A DNA stretch of 64,000 nt, from contig OZ252243.1 of NCBI GenBank assembly GCA_965249555.1, forward strand, positions 832,001-896,000. Reading direction: 5' to 3'. Shown here in pieces: positions 29,315 to 39,863 of the stretch. The translations under genes and the position numbers were made by a program. The notes under the pieces were generated by a model. The model searched no databases. It saw only the letters and a program-made list of their open reading frames with translations, and was not told the origin of the DNA. The stretch is from Nitrosopumilus sp. (GTDB lineage: Archaea > Thermoproteota > Nitrososphaeria > Nitrososphaerales > Nitrosopumilaceae). Positions within the stretch are counted from its first letter, which is position 1. Each line of letters begins with the position of its first letter.

Positions 29315-29962
29315 ATGACTAGAGCAATTGTTCTTGGCGGCTCAAGAGGAATAGGAAAAGCAATTTCAGAATCACTAAAATCCATAGAAATTGATGTTTT
29401 TGCAGCTTCCAAAGATGATATTGATACATCAGACTTGAATAGTGTAAAAAAATTTCTAGAAACACACAATCAAACAGACATTCTAGTTCTAAACACAGGA
29501 GGTCCTGCTCCAAAGCAATTCTCAACTATTACTGAAGATGATTGGAAACTGTATCACAATCAGTTATTTTTGGGATTTTGTACTATTTTGCAGAATATCA
29601 AAATTAATGATGGAGGTTACATCTTTTTGATTAGCTCAAACGTAATTAAAGAACCAAATCCAAAACTGATAATTTCTTCTGCATATCGTGCTGCATTTAG
29701 TGAGGTTTTTAAAATTTTAAGCAAAGAGTATGCTGGAAAAGATATCAGCTGTATCAATATTGCACCAGGCCCAATCAATACAGACAGAACTAGAGAATTA
29801 GTTGAAAATGTTGAAGAGTTCAAAAAATCTCTACCTATGAAAAGGTTGGGAGAACCAGAAGAGATTGGAAACTTTGTAAAAGCAATAATTGAGAATAAAA
29901 TAAAGTATCTTTCAGGGGTTGTGATTAATTTTGATGGTGCCAATTCTAATTACATATTCTAA
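29315..29962 (+). CDS. Short-chain dehydrogenase/reductase
   Basis: GGSRGIG, NTGG, IAPG.I.T and R.GEPEE motifs. Confidence 0.9.
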   Translation: MTRAIVLGGSRGIGKAISESLKSIEIDVFAASKDDIDTSDLNSVKKFLETHNQTDILVLNTGGPAPKQFSTITEDDWKLYHNQLFLGFCTILQNIKINDGGYIFLISSNVIKEPNPKLIISSAYRAAFSEVFKILSKEYAGKDISCINIAPGPINTDRTRELVENVEEFKKSLPMKRLGEPEEIGNFVKAIIENKIKYLSGVVINFDGANSNYIF

Positions 29963-30008
29963 AAGCAACAATCTAAGAAGTTATTAGGACTGATAACATT
30001 TGTAAAAT

Positions 30009-30407
30009 ATGACAGAATGGAGTACGCTTCGAGCTAGATTTCCTGATGATGAATACGATGAAATTGAGAGAATTAAGGAAAAGTATGGATTAAGTTTTAA
30101 TGAAATTATTCGTTCGGGGGTAAAATTCTATGTAGGTTTAACTTTGGCAAAAGAGTTAGTCGCAGATGCATTAGAGGAAAAAGATATCAAAATTGGTGGA
30201 AAGAATATTGGTGAAATTTTGAACAGTCCTGATTATCAACGAAATATTGAACAGAAAATTTCAAAGTTGGTAAAAATTTTGATTTGGGAATTTTTTGAAA
30301 AAGGGATGGACTTTAGAGAAAAAACAAAATCAATTAGAAAACAACGTAAGGTAGGTAGACCTAAACAAGAAAAAAAAGTTGGCAGGCCTAAACAAGGATT
30401 AGATTAA
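30009..30407 (+). CDS. Ribbon-helix-helix-like DNA-binding protein with two GRP (AT-hook-like) tails
   Basis: TLRARFPDDEY..IERI..KYGLSFNEIIR; C-terminal KVGRPKQ twice. Confidence 0.55.
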   Translation: MTEWSTLRARFPDDEYDEIERIKEKYGLSFNEIIRSGVKFYVGLTLAKELVADALEEKDIKIGGKNIGEILNSPDYQRNIEQKISKLVKILIWEFFEKGMDFREKTKSIRKQRKVGRPKQEKKVGRPKQGLD

Positions 30408-30409
30408 AA

Positions 30410-31048
30410 TTATTTTTTAAATTCAACATTTGGTATATCAGGTTGTCCTGCAATGGCAATTAATCCACCCTCACGTAGTTGTTGGAGTAATTGCATTACC
30501 TCTTTTTCTACTTGGTTTCTTTGTAATCCTGTTTGTTTGGCAAACACTTCAACTAGTTCGGTGACTTTACGTTGACCGTTACAAGACTTCCAAAAGTCTA
30601 CAATTGCTTGGTTTACCATAAAGCCTTGTTCATGTTCATTTGCCAAGACCATAGAACCGTCTTCTTGCTGAACCAGTTTTCCAACACCTTGAGGTAATGC
30701 AGTTTCATAGTTAATTGGGGCAGGAGTATTCAGTCCAGCACCCATGTTTTTGATTTTGATTTTAGCCTCTTCTGACATTTTATCCATTGACCATGGAGGA
30801 TCCCATACAATGTCTACATTGACATTGTTAACTCCCGGAACTTTTTTGACATATCTTGTTGCATCTTGAACCAAAGTTTCATGTAGTGGGCAACCTTGTG
30901 TGGTCATTGTCATTTTGATATTAACGTCATTGTTTTCTGCAACATCAATTCCATAGATTAATCCCATTTCTACAATATTTAGTGGAACTTCAGGATCCAT
31001 GCATTGTTTTAGAGAATCTTCAATTGCTTGTGCAGAAACTGTACTCAT
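30410..31048 (-). CDS. DUF59 (SufT/MIP18) Fe-S assembly protein fused to a PqqD-like domain
   Basis: DPE...NIVEMGLIY, TT.GCP and WDPPW motifs; C-terminal PqqD-like wHTH. Confidence 0.88.
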   Translation of the reverse strand: MSTVSAQAIEDSLKQCMDPEVPLNIVEMGLIYGIDVAENNDVNIKMTMTTQGCPLHETLVQDATRYVKKVPGVNNVNVDIVWDPPWSMDKMSEEAKIKIKNMGAGLNTPAPINYETALPQGVGKLVQQEDGSMVLANEHEQGFMVNQAIVDFWKSCNGQRKVTELVEVFAKQTGLQRNQVEKEVMQLLQQLREGGLIAIAGQPDIPNVEFKK

Positions 31049-31087
31049 ATTGTAAATTGCAGTTTAAAAAACAATAAAAACTTTCTA

Positions 31088-32146
31088 TTAGTTAGCTTCG
31101 AATAATTTTTTTATAGATTCTTCATATGGTGCCTTTGCAATACCTTTCTCAGTAATTATACCTGAAATTAGTTCAGGAGGAGTCATATCAAACGCTGGAT
31201 TTATCACATTAATATCATCAGGAGCGGTCTTTTTATCACCTATTCCTGTGACTTCGGTTCCTTTTCTCATCTCAATAATTACATCCTCTGCTTTGCTTTC
31301 CATATCAATGGTAGATAGTGGGGCTGCAACATAAAATGGAATCCCGTGTTGTTTTGCCATGGTTGCTACTTGATATGTTCCAATTTTGTTAAAGACATGA
31401 CCTGTTTTTACAATTCTATCAGCGCCAACAACTACTTTGTTGACCAATCCATTTGCCATGCTATAACCTACGGCAGTATCAGGAATTAGACTGACATCAA
31501 AGCCATCATGTTTTAATTCAAAAGCAGTTAATCTTGAACCCTGTTGAATTGGTCTAGTTTCAGTAGCTATTACTTTGATGTTTTTTCCACTCTCTCTGGT
31601 TGCACGAATGACACCCAAAGCTGTACCATAAGCAACAGTAGCTAATGCACCTGCATTACAGTGAGTCATTATTGTATCATTGTCATCAAAAAGAACTGAT
31701 CCATTTTTTCCCATGGTTTTGTTTATTTCAATATCATCATCAGCCATTTTTTTGGCTTTAGAAATAACCAATTCTCTAATTTGTTCAACTGAATCTCCTG
31801 ATTTTGCAACATTCATGATTTTTTTTAATCCCCATCCTAAATTTACTGCAGTAGGTCTTGTCTCAAAGAGAATTTTCTTTGCTTTTTCTAAATCAGATAA
31901 TAATTCTTCTTTTGTAGTTGCATTACTCTGTAAAACTGCCAATGCTAATCCAAAAGCTCCTGATACACCAATTGCAGGTGCTCCTCGAACCACTAAAGTA
32001 CGAATTGCATCTGCAACCTGATTAAAATCATCATATTCTACAAAAACCAATTCATTTGGCAATTTGGTTTGGTCAATCATTATGACTTTGTTGTCTTTCC
32101 ATTCAACTGTTCTCAAAGATGAATAGTTTTCTGATGCCTGTCCCAA
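31088..32146 (-). CDS. mtnA: Methylthioribose-1-phosphate isomerase
   Basis: VRGAPAIG, RPTAVNL, THCNAG, ETRP..QG and NPAFD motifs. Confidence 0.95.
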   Translation of the reverse strand: MGQASENYSSLRTVEWKDNKVIMIDQTKLPNELVFVEYDDFNQVADAIRTLVVRGAPAIGVSGAFGLALAVLQSNATTKEELLSDLEKAKKILFETRPTAVNLGWGLKKIMNVAKSGDSVEQIRELVISKAKKMADDDIEINKTMGKNGSVLFDDNDTIMTHCNAGALATVAYGTALGVIRATRESGKNIKVIATETRPIQQGSRLTAFELKHDGFDVSLIPDTAVGYSMANGLVNKVVVGADRIVKTGHVFNKIGTYQVATMAKQHGIPFYVAAPLSTIDMESKAEDVIIEMRKGTEVTGIGDKKTAPDDINVINPAFDMTPPELISGIITEKGIAKAPYEESIKKLFEAN

Positions 32147-32217
32147 GATGTCATAAGAGATTTCACACTGTATTAAAAATCAAGTGTTATATGGAAAATA
32201 ATCCTCAATTTAGTTGA

Positions 32218-33228
32218 TTGATTAACTTTCAAACTTTGCAAAAAATTGATTCACAGAAAATATATAAAATTTATGATATGTGGCCAGAGATTGCTTTACA
32301 ATCATACCAAGATGGAATTGATCAAATAGATTATCCAAAAACATCACACTTTGTTTTTGCTGGAATGGGAGGCTCGGGTACAATAAGTGATGTCTTTGCT
32401 GCCATATTATCAAAAACAGATACTCATGTAACAGTTGTAAAAGGATATCATCTTCCTAAAACTGTAAATTCTGAATCAATTGTGGTTGTCACTAGTGTTT
32501 CAGGAGATACATCAGAATCATTGTCGGTTCTAGAAAATGCCAAGAAAATAGGTGCGAAGACCATAGCGTTTTCTGATGGTGGTAAGATGAAACAATTTTG
32601 CGTGAAAAATAATATTCCTCATAGAAACATTCCTAGATTTCATTCGCCACGAGCATCAGTTACTTCCTTTCTTTATTCTATGTTGCATGTTCTAAAACCT
32701 ATTTTGCCGATAAAAGAATCAGATGTTTCAGAATCAATTAATAATTTAAATTCAATTCATGCTAAGATAAATTCTGAAAATATGACAGGGTTAAATCCTG
32801 CTATCAAGATTGCTGAGTGGATAAATCAGACTCCTGTAATATACTATCCTTGGGGACTTCAATCTGTAGCCATTAGATTTAAAAACTCTCTTCAGGAAAA
32901 CTGCAAGATTCATGTAATGGCAGAAGATGTTATTGAGGCATGTCACAATGGTGTAGTCGCATGGGACAACGATAGTAACTTTCAACCTCTATTAATAAGA
33001 GGAAAAGATGATTATGAAAAAACGGTACAACGATGGGATATCTTAAAGGAATTTTTTGATGGGAGAAAAATTGAGTACAAAGAGATCATAAGTGAGGAAG
33101 GGAATATCCTAACAAAATTGATTTGTATGATTTATCTTCTCGATTATTCTAGTATCTATCTTTCTGTAAAGCTTGGTAGGAATCCAACGCCAGTTGATGC
33201 AATTAACTATATCAAGAATAATCTTTAA
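32218..33228 (+). CDS. Bifunctional phosphoglucose/phosphomannose isomerase (SIS)
   Basis: GMGGSG, SVSGDT.E, RFK...EN.K and EACHN motifs. Confidence 0.88.
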   Translation: MINFQTLQKIDSQKIYKIYDMWPEIALQSYQDGIDQIDYPKTSHFVFAGMGGSGTISDVFAAILSKTDTHVTVVKGYHLPKTVNSESIVVVTSVSGDTSESLSVLENAKKIGAKTIAFSDGGKMKQFCVKNNIPHRNIPRFHSPRASVTSFLYSMLHVLKPILPIKESDVSESINNLNSIHAKINSENMTGLNPAIKIAEWINQTPVIYYPWGLQSVAIRFKNSLQENCKIHVMAEDVIEACHNGVVAWDNDSNFQPLLIRGKDDYEKTVQRWDILKEFFDGRKIEYKEIISEEGNILTKLICMIYLLDYSSIYLSVKLGRNPTPVDAINYIKNNL

Positions 33229-33438
33229 TGAATCTAGACAGACCTTTTTCTAAAGATATTTGTGATTCAAATTCAGGTTTTTTTCTAATTAATGAATGGT
33301 GGATTATTGTACAAGGTTGTTGTAATTATCTTAATAGATTTAAAAGAATTAGAATCATTGTTGTCGGATTGTTTTTTTTTAAAATATTTTTTGTTAGGAA
33401 TTTTGTGTTCTTGACATTCTTTACATAAATATTATTAA

Positions 33439-34089
33439 TTAATTTTTAATCACACCTGGAACTCCAACATAGGTCTTCTTCGAATCAGCATTATCTATCA
33501 AAATAGTTCCAGCACCAATTTTTGTCCATTCACCAATTTTAATTTCATCTTTAATAACAGAACCTGAACCCAGAAATGAACCCTCGCCAATTGAACACAT
33601 TCCATTAATATGTACACCAGGTGAAATTGTAACAAAGTTTTCTATTTTAGTATCATGTGCAATTGTACATGACATATTAATATGAACATGATTACCAATT
33701 TCTACATCTGGCACAATATATGAAAAACCTTGAATAATTACCCCATCGCCAATTTTAGAAAATTTTGAAAGTATTACTGTAGGATGAATGATTGATGGAA
33801 AAAATAGATTCAGTTTTGATAGTTTTTTGACTAATTTTTTTCGGATTTTGCCATCTCCAATACAAATTACACAGCCAACACCAGAATTATTTTCAATCCA
33901 ATCTATTCCTCCTAAAACCTTTAAGTTGCAAATAGTTTTTCCCCACAATTCTTTATTTTCATCAATAAATCCAACAAGCTCAAAAATCCTAGATTTCTTT
34001 TGACAGTCAATTATAGTTTGTAAAACCTCTTTTCCAAATCCACCTGCACCAATCAATACAATTTTCTTAAGTTTAGTTTTTTGTACCAT
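33439..34089 (-). CDS. NeuD/PglD-type sugar acetyltransferase
   Basis: GAGGFG, hexapeptide repeats, AHD and GVPG motifs. Confidence 0.9.
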   Translation of the reverse strand: MVQKTKLKKIVLIGAGGFGKEVLQTIIDCQKKSRIFELVGFIDENKELWGKTICNLKVLGGIDWIENNSGVGCVICIGDGKIRKKLVKKLSKLNLFFPSIIHPTVILSKFSKIGDGVIIQGFSYIVPDVEIGNHVHINMSCTIAHDTKIENFVTISPGVHINGMCSIGEGSFLGSGSVIKDEIKIGEWTKIGAGTILIDNADSKKTYVGVPGVIKN

Positions 34090-34172
34090 TGGTTAAAACA
34101 AGAATTGTCTAATTGATAAAGAATACTAAAGTAGGTTCTGTCGGGTTATCGAGGGATAAATCCCGTCCCGAT

Positions 34173-34655
34173 TTATAATTCGTTATTACTAGATTTAAAT
34201 TTTAGCCATTCTAATTTTTCAAATCGATCAAAAATCTCCATTATCAGTTTAAAAAAACCCATATTATTCTCTCTAAGTATTTGCTCATATAGAGATTTAC
34301 ACTCTCCTAATATTTTTGCAAATTCAAATAATTTATCACTATCTATATTTTTACATTTAAACTCAATAGTGAAAGTTAAAGCATTTAGTAATCCACTGTA
34401 ACACGCAAACTGGGAATTTTCTTTAGGAATAACTTTGCCGTTCAAAGGTATATCTTGGATTGAATGTATTTCTCGTTCAAGTTTACTAACACTATCACGT
34501 AGATTTTTAATTTGCTTTTTTTCATTTCTTTTGTTTTTGATTGACTGAAGTACGCTAAAGCCAATTCCCACCATAACACTAACAATAACTGGATATATCC
34601 ACATACCAAAAATTGGAACAAAATTAGAAATTAATTCATTCAGCAAGATAAACAA
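34173..34655 (-). CDS. Membrane-anchored hypothetical passenger protein
   Basis: TM helix followed by a helical domain; lies inside the TIRs. Confidence 0.55.
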   Translation of the reverse strand: MFILLNELISNFVPIFGMWIYPVIVSVMVGIGFSVLQSIKNKRNEKKQIKNLRDSVSKLEREIHSIQDIPLNGKVIPKENSQFACYSGLLNALTFTIEFKCKNIDSDKLFEFAKILGECKSLYEQILRENNMGFFKLIMEIFDRFEKLEWLKFKSSNNEL

Positions 34656-34690
34656 ATATTGGATGGGTTATTTAAATTGGCATTGTTAAG

Positions 34691-34956
34691 GGTCTGTTGG
34701 ATTATCGAGGAATAAACTCTATTCCGAATTTCCCTTATGAATGGATGCATTTTGGATTAGTGTGATCCATTTGTTCCTGCCATCGACCTCTATCAAGGCC
34801 TGTTCTGCATTCCTGGAACATTCAATACCCATGATGTTAGAGGTAATTACAATTTTACCAATGATCGTGTAGATTTGAATATCTCATTACTCAGACAAAA
34901 TTCTTAAAAATAATTTATTATAAATTATGATTTATTCCTCGATAACTAGACAGACC
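34691..34956 (-). mobile_element. Nested internally deleted IS6-like remnant
   Basis: Inverted repeats 34691-716 and 34931-956 (22/26); minus strand encodes AEQALIEVDGRNKWITLIQNAS, resembling archaeal IS6 transposase C-termini. Confidence 0.7.
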
Positions 34957-35009
34957 GAATCTTAAGAATTTATAATTTCGTGCCTATATCACGATAACCC
35001 GACAGAACC

Positions 35010-35778
35010 TGAATTAGCACCATTTCTTGCATCCCAGTAATTCACACCAACTCTTTCGCAATAGTCTGCCAACTCATTTGCTAAGGCAATATTAACATCT
35101 CTGTACACACCTTCAAATAATTTTTCAGCTTCTGCATTAGCAAGGGATGACATTTTCAGAGTTCCTTTTTTTGAGATGATTTTTAACAAGTTATCTGCAA
35201 ATTCTAGACTTTTTGGGCCATAACCTGAGACTATTGCAGGATAATTTTCTTCAATATTAGCTAGTGCTCTTCCTTCAAAAATTCTTTCAGGATTATAAAT
35301 TAAGTAAAATTCTTTTTCAGCTTTTAATTTGCTATTTTTTTCTAAGATTTGTTTTACTATATTTTCAGTAGTGCCAGATGGGAGTGATGGACAGACTATT
35401 ACTGCGTCACCTTTTTTGAGTCCTTTAGAAATAGCTGTTGTAGCAGAGAATAGTGCATTTAATTCTATTTTATTTTTCTTGAGACCAACAGGTACTGCTA
35501 TAAATTTAATATCTGAAATTTTGGATGCCTGAACACCATCAGGAGTAATAGTCAATTTTTTTTCTTTAATGCATTAGAAAAGATTTTTGAAATATGTGGT
35601 TCTTTTCTGTGAGAGGTTCCTTTTTTAATATTAGAAAGAAGTTTTTTGGAAATATCTACACCTATTACTTTAGCACCTTTTCGTAACCAAGCTGCCGCAA
35701 TAGGACCTCCAACATTTCCTAATCCATAAATTGCAATGGTTTTTTTTCATTTTTTAATTGTGATTTGATATTAGACAA
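35010..35778 (-). pseudogene. Nucleotide-sugar dehydrogenase pseudogene
   Basis: YGLGNVG, NPER and EK..EGVYRDVNIALANE motifs; two frameshifts in A8 tracts; 3' end replaced by the IS6 TIR. Confidence 0.85.
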
Positions 35779-35842
35779 CTAAACAAAAGTATTTTTGCAA
35801 GTAATTTAATCTAGTGTTAAAATTTTCTTCCTAAAGAAATTT

Positions 35843-36724
35843 TTACTTAGTTTTAAGCCAGTCTACGGTTTGTTTAAGTCCATTTTCAACACTAGTTGAT
35901 GGAATGCTTCCAAAAGTTGATGATAATAATTTTGGATCAGCTACAAAATTTCCAATCTCGCCAGGTCTTGGATCTTTGAATTCAATCTCGGGCTTAATAT
36001 TCATAGTTTCAGATAGAATTTTAATTATATCTGAAATTGATGTTCCTTTTCCGGTTCCCATGTTGAATATTTTATTATCAGCAATATCTTCAGTTATTGC
36101 TTTTTCAAAGAATGGTACGATATCTTGGATAAAGACATAATCTCGTATCTGATCTCCTTTGCCAAAAACCGTTAGAGGTTGATTTTGAGTTATACGTGAA
36201 TAAAGAGAAGGAATTAGTCCATTTTTTTGATGAGGTCCGTAAATGTTGAAAAATCGGAAAACAACATAATTGAGATTGTTGAGTTCACGATATAGTCTCA
36301 AATAGTGTTCTGATGCTAGTTTTGAAATTCCATAAGCAGTTTTAGGTGTTGCTAGATGATTCTCAGAAACTTGCAATGTTTTTGGTTCGCCAACTAAAGA
36401 GGAAGCAGAAGTAAAAATTATTTTTTTAATGTTGTTTTTTGTACAAGCTTCAAGTATGTTTAGTAACCCTATGATATTTACTTGTGCATTTTTTGCGGGT
36501 CCCTCAATAGAGGAAACCAAAGAGTGTGCTACTAAATCAATTACCACATCTACATCCTTTACTGTATCTTGTACACTAGAAAAATTTGTAACATCAAACT
36601 TTGTATAATTTTGATGACTAGATTTATCAATTAAATCAGCACACAAAATTTCATGATTTTTGGATAGTCCATATACTAAATTATGTCCAACAAAACCTTC
36701 AGAACCTAGAATTAGAATTTTCAA
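35843..36724 (-). CDS. NAD-dependent epimerase/dehydratase
   Basis: GSEGFVG, YGISK, RFFNIYGP and RDYV motifs. Confidence 0.92.
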   Translation of the reverse strand: MKILILGSEGFVGHNLVYGLSKNHEILCADLIDKSSHQNYTKFDVTNFSSVQDTVKDVDVVIDLVAHSLVSSIEGPAKNAQVNIIGLLNILEACTKNNIKKIIFTSASSLVGEPKTLQVSENHLATPKTAYGISKLASEHYLRLYRELNNLNYVVFRFFNIYGPHQKNGLIPSLYSRITQNQPLTVFGKGDQIRDYVFIQDIVPFFEKAITEDIADNKIFNMGTGKGTSISDIIKILSETMNIKPEIEFKDPRPGEIGNFVADPKLLSSTFGSIPSTSVENGLKQTVDWLKTK

Positions 36725-36798
36725 TAATCAAGACACTATACTTGTTTTAAAAAATCTATCTCATAGCTTTATTATACAGCAAAATTGTTGAAAAATAA

Positions 36799-37890
36799 TT
36801 GTCAGAGAGAGAAACTATACCATTAGCTGTTCCTGAAGTTGGAGAAGATGAAATCAGTAAAATAAGAGAAGTTATGAAAACAGGTTTTCTCACAGAAGGT
36901 ATAACCACAAAAGAATTTGAACAAAATGTAGCTGATTATCTAGGTGTCAAACATGCTATTGCAGTTACATCATGCACAACAGGATTACATACCGTTTTTG
37001 AATGTCTAGATATTAAAGGAAAAGAAGTCATCATACCTGATTATACGTACCCAGCAACTGCAGAAGCTGTAATTTTAGCAGGGGGTAAACCAGTACTTGT
37101 GGATGTAGATATTCATAGTATGAATATGACTAGCAGAATTCTTGAGGAAGCATATGATGAATCAATGACAGTATTTTGCCCCGTATCTTGGGCAGGAGTG
37201 CCATTAGAGAGAGAAATTTATCATACTGCAAAAAAATTAAATTTGAAAGTTTTAGAGGATGCGGCTTGTAGTCTTGGTGCAAAAATAGATTCAGATTATG
37301 TTGGTAAAATTGCTGATTATTCATGTTTTAGTTTTCACCCTAGAAAAGTAATAACAACTGGAGAAGGAGGAATGATCACAACAGACGACGATGATATAGC
37401 AGAGAGATGTTATTCTTTCAAACATTTTGGGGCTAAGGGGACTGCTTTTGAAATTATTGGTACAAACTACAAGTTATCAAATATCCTAAGTGCAATTGGT
37501 TTAGTACAAATGAAAAAGATAGAAAGTATAATTCAAACAAGAATAGAAAAGGCAGCAATTTACCGTGAAATGTTATCAAAGATAGAAGGAATTATTCCTG
37601 CATATGAAGGAGAAGGAACAAGACAAACTTTTCAATCATATACTTGTTTTGTGGAAAAAGATGGATACCGAGATAAAATTAGAAACGCTTTGGGTGATGA
37701 AAATATTCAAAGTCAAATAGGAACTTATGCATTACATTTAGAACCAGCATATAAAAATATGAAGAGAGTGGGAAATTTAGAAAATTCAGAATCATTATAC
37801 AAAAATGCTTTAACATTACCATTACATGGTAAACTTACTCAAGAAGATCAAGAAAGAATTTGTCAAATAATATCTAGAACTATACAGTAA
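36799..37890 (+). CDS. DegT/DnrJ sugar aminotransferase
   Basis: EDAA and SFHPRKVITTGEGG motifs. Confidence 0.95.
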   Translation: MSERETIPLAVPEVGEDEISKIREVMKTGFLTEGITTKEFEQNVADYLGVKHAIAVTSCTTGLHTVFECLDIKGKEVIIPDYTYPATAEAVILAGGKPVLVDVDIHSMNMTSRILEEAYDESMTVFCPVSWAGVPLEREIYHTAKKLNLKVLEDAACSLGAKIDSDYVGKIADYSCFSFHPRKVITTGEGGMITTDDDDIAERCYSFKHFGAKGTAFEIIGTNYKLSNILSAIGLVQMKKIESIIQTRIEKAAIYREMLSKIEGIIPAYEGEGTRQTFQSYTCFVEKDGYRDKIRNALGDENIQSQIGTYALHLEPAYKNMKRVGNLENSESLYKNALTLPLHGKLTQEDQERICQIISRTIQ

Positions 37891-37972
37891 ATTAAATATA
37901 ATAATATTATTAAAAAAATATATCAAATTCAAATAGATAGTATTTTTATAAAGTAAAATAAAAAGAGAATCA

Positions 37973-39139
37973 TTGAAATGTCCAGTTTGTAACAATTCCA
38001 AAACAGAAATAATTTTTAAAAAAATTTTCAAAAGTATAACTTCAGATTTTTATATGATTAATGAGCAAGTATGTAATAAAATATGTCATTCATGTGGTCA
38101 TGTTTTTAATGAAAGTGGTGCCCGAAATAAAATACAGGAATTTTATCGAGAATCTTATAAGTTGATGGATTCGTCATCAGAAGCAGAATTCAAGTACTAT
38201 TCAGGTGGAAAAAGTTTCACATATTCAGATTGGAGATTAAATTGTTTACTTGAAAGAGTTAAACTTCCAAATAACGGTAATGTTTTGGATATAGGTTGTG
38301 GAAAAGGAAATTTTCTTCTACAATTCTCATATAAAAATCCAAAGTGGCATCTACATGGAATTGAAGTCAGTCAAAATGCACTAAATTTTGCAAAAGAAAA
38401 ATTATCAAAAGCCGAATTTAAAGAAGGAGTATTTAACAAAAAATCATATGATAAAGAATTTGATCTTATCACATCATTAGGGGTGGTCGAACATTTAGAA
38501 AATCCTAATTTATTTTTCCAAGCTGTAACATCTTGTTTAAAGGAAGATGGGATTTTATTTTTGGACGTTCCAAATTTTAAATTAAACCCAGCTGATTTGT
38601 TTGTATATGATCATCTTAATCACTTTACAATAGAAACTTTAGAAAATTTACTAAATATTAACAATCTAAAGATAATCAAAGTAATAGAATCATCAGAAAA
38701 AGTTCCTCTTTTTGTAATTTGTAAAAAAACTTCTAAAAATAAAGAAATCAAAAATCATTTTTTGTTTTTAAAGAATATCATTACAGAACATATAAAATTC
38801 AATAATTTAGTTTTTGGCACATTTAGAGAAGTCAATAATAAAAATAAAGAATTAGGAATTTTTGGTTTAGGCATAATAGCATTGGTAGGTATACAACATG
38901 GTTTCATTGATAAAGAAAAAATAATTGGTTTTTTTGATGAAAACAATCTTTTAGTAGGTAAAGAAAGATTTGGAATTGAAATACGTTCATTAGAAGAAAT
39001 TAAAAATTTTCAAAATATTCCAATAATTTTTTCTGTGAGTCCATGTTATTTCAATGACATTATTCCAAAATTAAAAAACATTAAAGCAAATTATTTACTT
39101 CCTAATGGATATAATTATCACAAGAAATTTTTTAGTTAG
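37973..39139 (+). CDS. Zn-ribbon SAM-dependent methyltransferase (sugar C-methyltransferase-like)
   Basis: CPVC, CHSCG, LDIGCGKG, VVEH and H..HFT motifs; C-terminal Rossmann-like domain. Confidence 0.85.
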   Translation: MKCPVCNNSKTEIIFKKIFKSITSDFYMINEQVCNKICHSCGHVFNESGARNKIQEFYRESYKLMDSSSEAEFKYYSGGKSFTYSDWRLNCLLERVKLPNNGNVLDIGCGKGNFLLQFSYKNPKWHLHGIEVSQNALNFAKEKLSKAEFKEGVFNKKSYDKEFDLITSLGVVEHLENPNLFFQAVTSCLKEDGILFLDVPNFKLNPADLFVYDHLNHFTIETLENLLNINNLKIIKVIESSEKVPLFVICKKTSKNKEIKNHFLFLKNIITEHIKFNNLVFGTFREVNNKNKELGIFGLGIIALVGIQHGFIDKEKIIGFFDENNLLVGKERFGIEIRSLEEIKNFQNIPIIFSVSPCYFNDIIPKLKNIKANYLLPNGYNYHKKFFS

Positions 39140-39146
39140 ATAATAA

Positions 39147-39863
39147 TTAATATTTAAAACTCTTATTTTTTCTAAGCATATTCTTATTTATTTTAATTAG
39201 CACTTGAAAAAATTCATTGAACGACAGTATAAATTTAGATTTTGGTTTTGGAAGATAATTGTGGTTAAAAAATATAGTATAGTGTTTAATTTCACATTTT
39301 TTTGCAGATCTATAGTCAGAAATTGAATTCCCAAGAGATAATACTTCTGATGATTTTAATCTATATTTTTTTAAAATTTTTTCAATCATTTTAATTTTTA
39401 CCATTAAACTATTTTTGGCATTACGAGTATCAAGATTTCCTTTTTCATCATTCATTATAAAATTAATATACAAATATGTATTATTGGCATTAAAAAAATT
39501 TTTAATTATGGATTTATGTTTACGTAATGAACAAATAACAATTGGAATATTATAAGAATATAATTTTTTAAAAAAAAGTTTAGCATATGGTTGAAATTTA
39601 AGGTATTGGATAGAATCAGTACTTTCTAGAAAGTCTTTTCTATAATTTATAAATTCATGTTCATTAAATTTTTGTTTAGATTTTTTTTGGATTATCTTAA
39701 TAATTTCTGATGCTACAAAACCCATTTTTCTGAATTTTCTAATTTCTGTTTTAGTAGGACGATATGATTTAAAAAAAATTGACGTATTTTTGAAACTTTC
39801 ATAATCAAGAGATTCATTGTTAATTAGAGTGTCATCAAAATCAAGAATAACAAGTTTTATCAT
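39147..39863 (-). CDS. HAD-family hydrolase
   Basis: LDFDDTL motif I; GNS..D. Confidence 0.85.
   Translation of the reverse strand: MIKLVILDFDDTLINNESLDYESFKNTSIFFKSYRPTKTEIRKFRKMGFVASEIIKIIQKKSKQKFNEHEFINYRKDFLESTDSIQYLKFQPYAKLFFKKLYSYNIPIVICSLRKHKSIIKNFFNANNTYLYINFIMNDEKGNLDTRNAKNSLMVKIKMIEKILKKYRLKSSEVLSLGNSISDYRSAKKCEIKHYTIFFNHNYLPKPKSKFILSFNEFFQVLIKINKNMLRKNKSFKY

Larger units (their letters stand above)
34134..35009. mobile_element. IS6-derived non-autonomous element carrying a passenger gene
   Basis: Perfect 18-bp TIRs GGTTCTGTCGGGTTATCG at 34134-51 and 34992-35009. Confidence 0.8.

Noticed and set aside
30410-31048. PqqD domain as a sign of a RiPP cluster
   Set aside because: No precursor peptide or radical SAM gene nearby; sits among core genes
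33228-33428. 66-aa ORF
   Set aside because: Low-complexity AT-rich spacer with no motif
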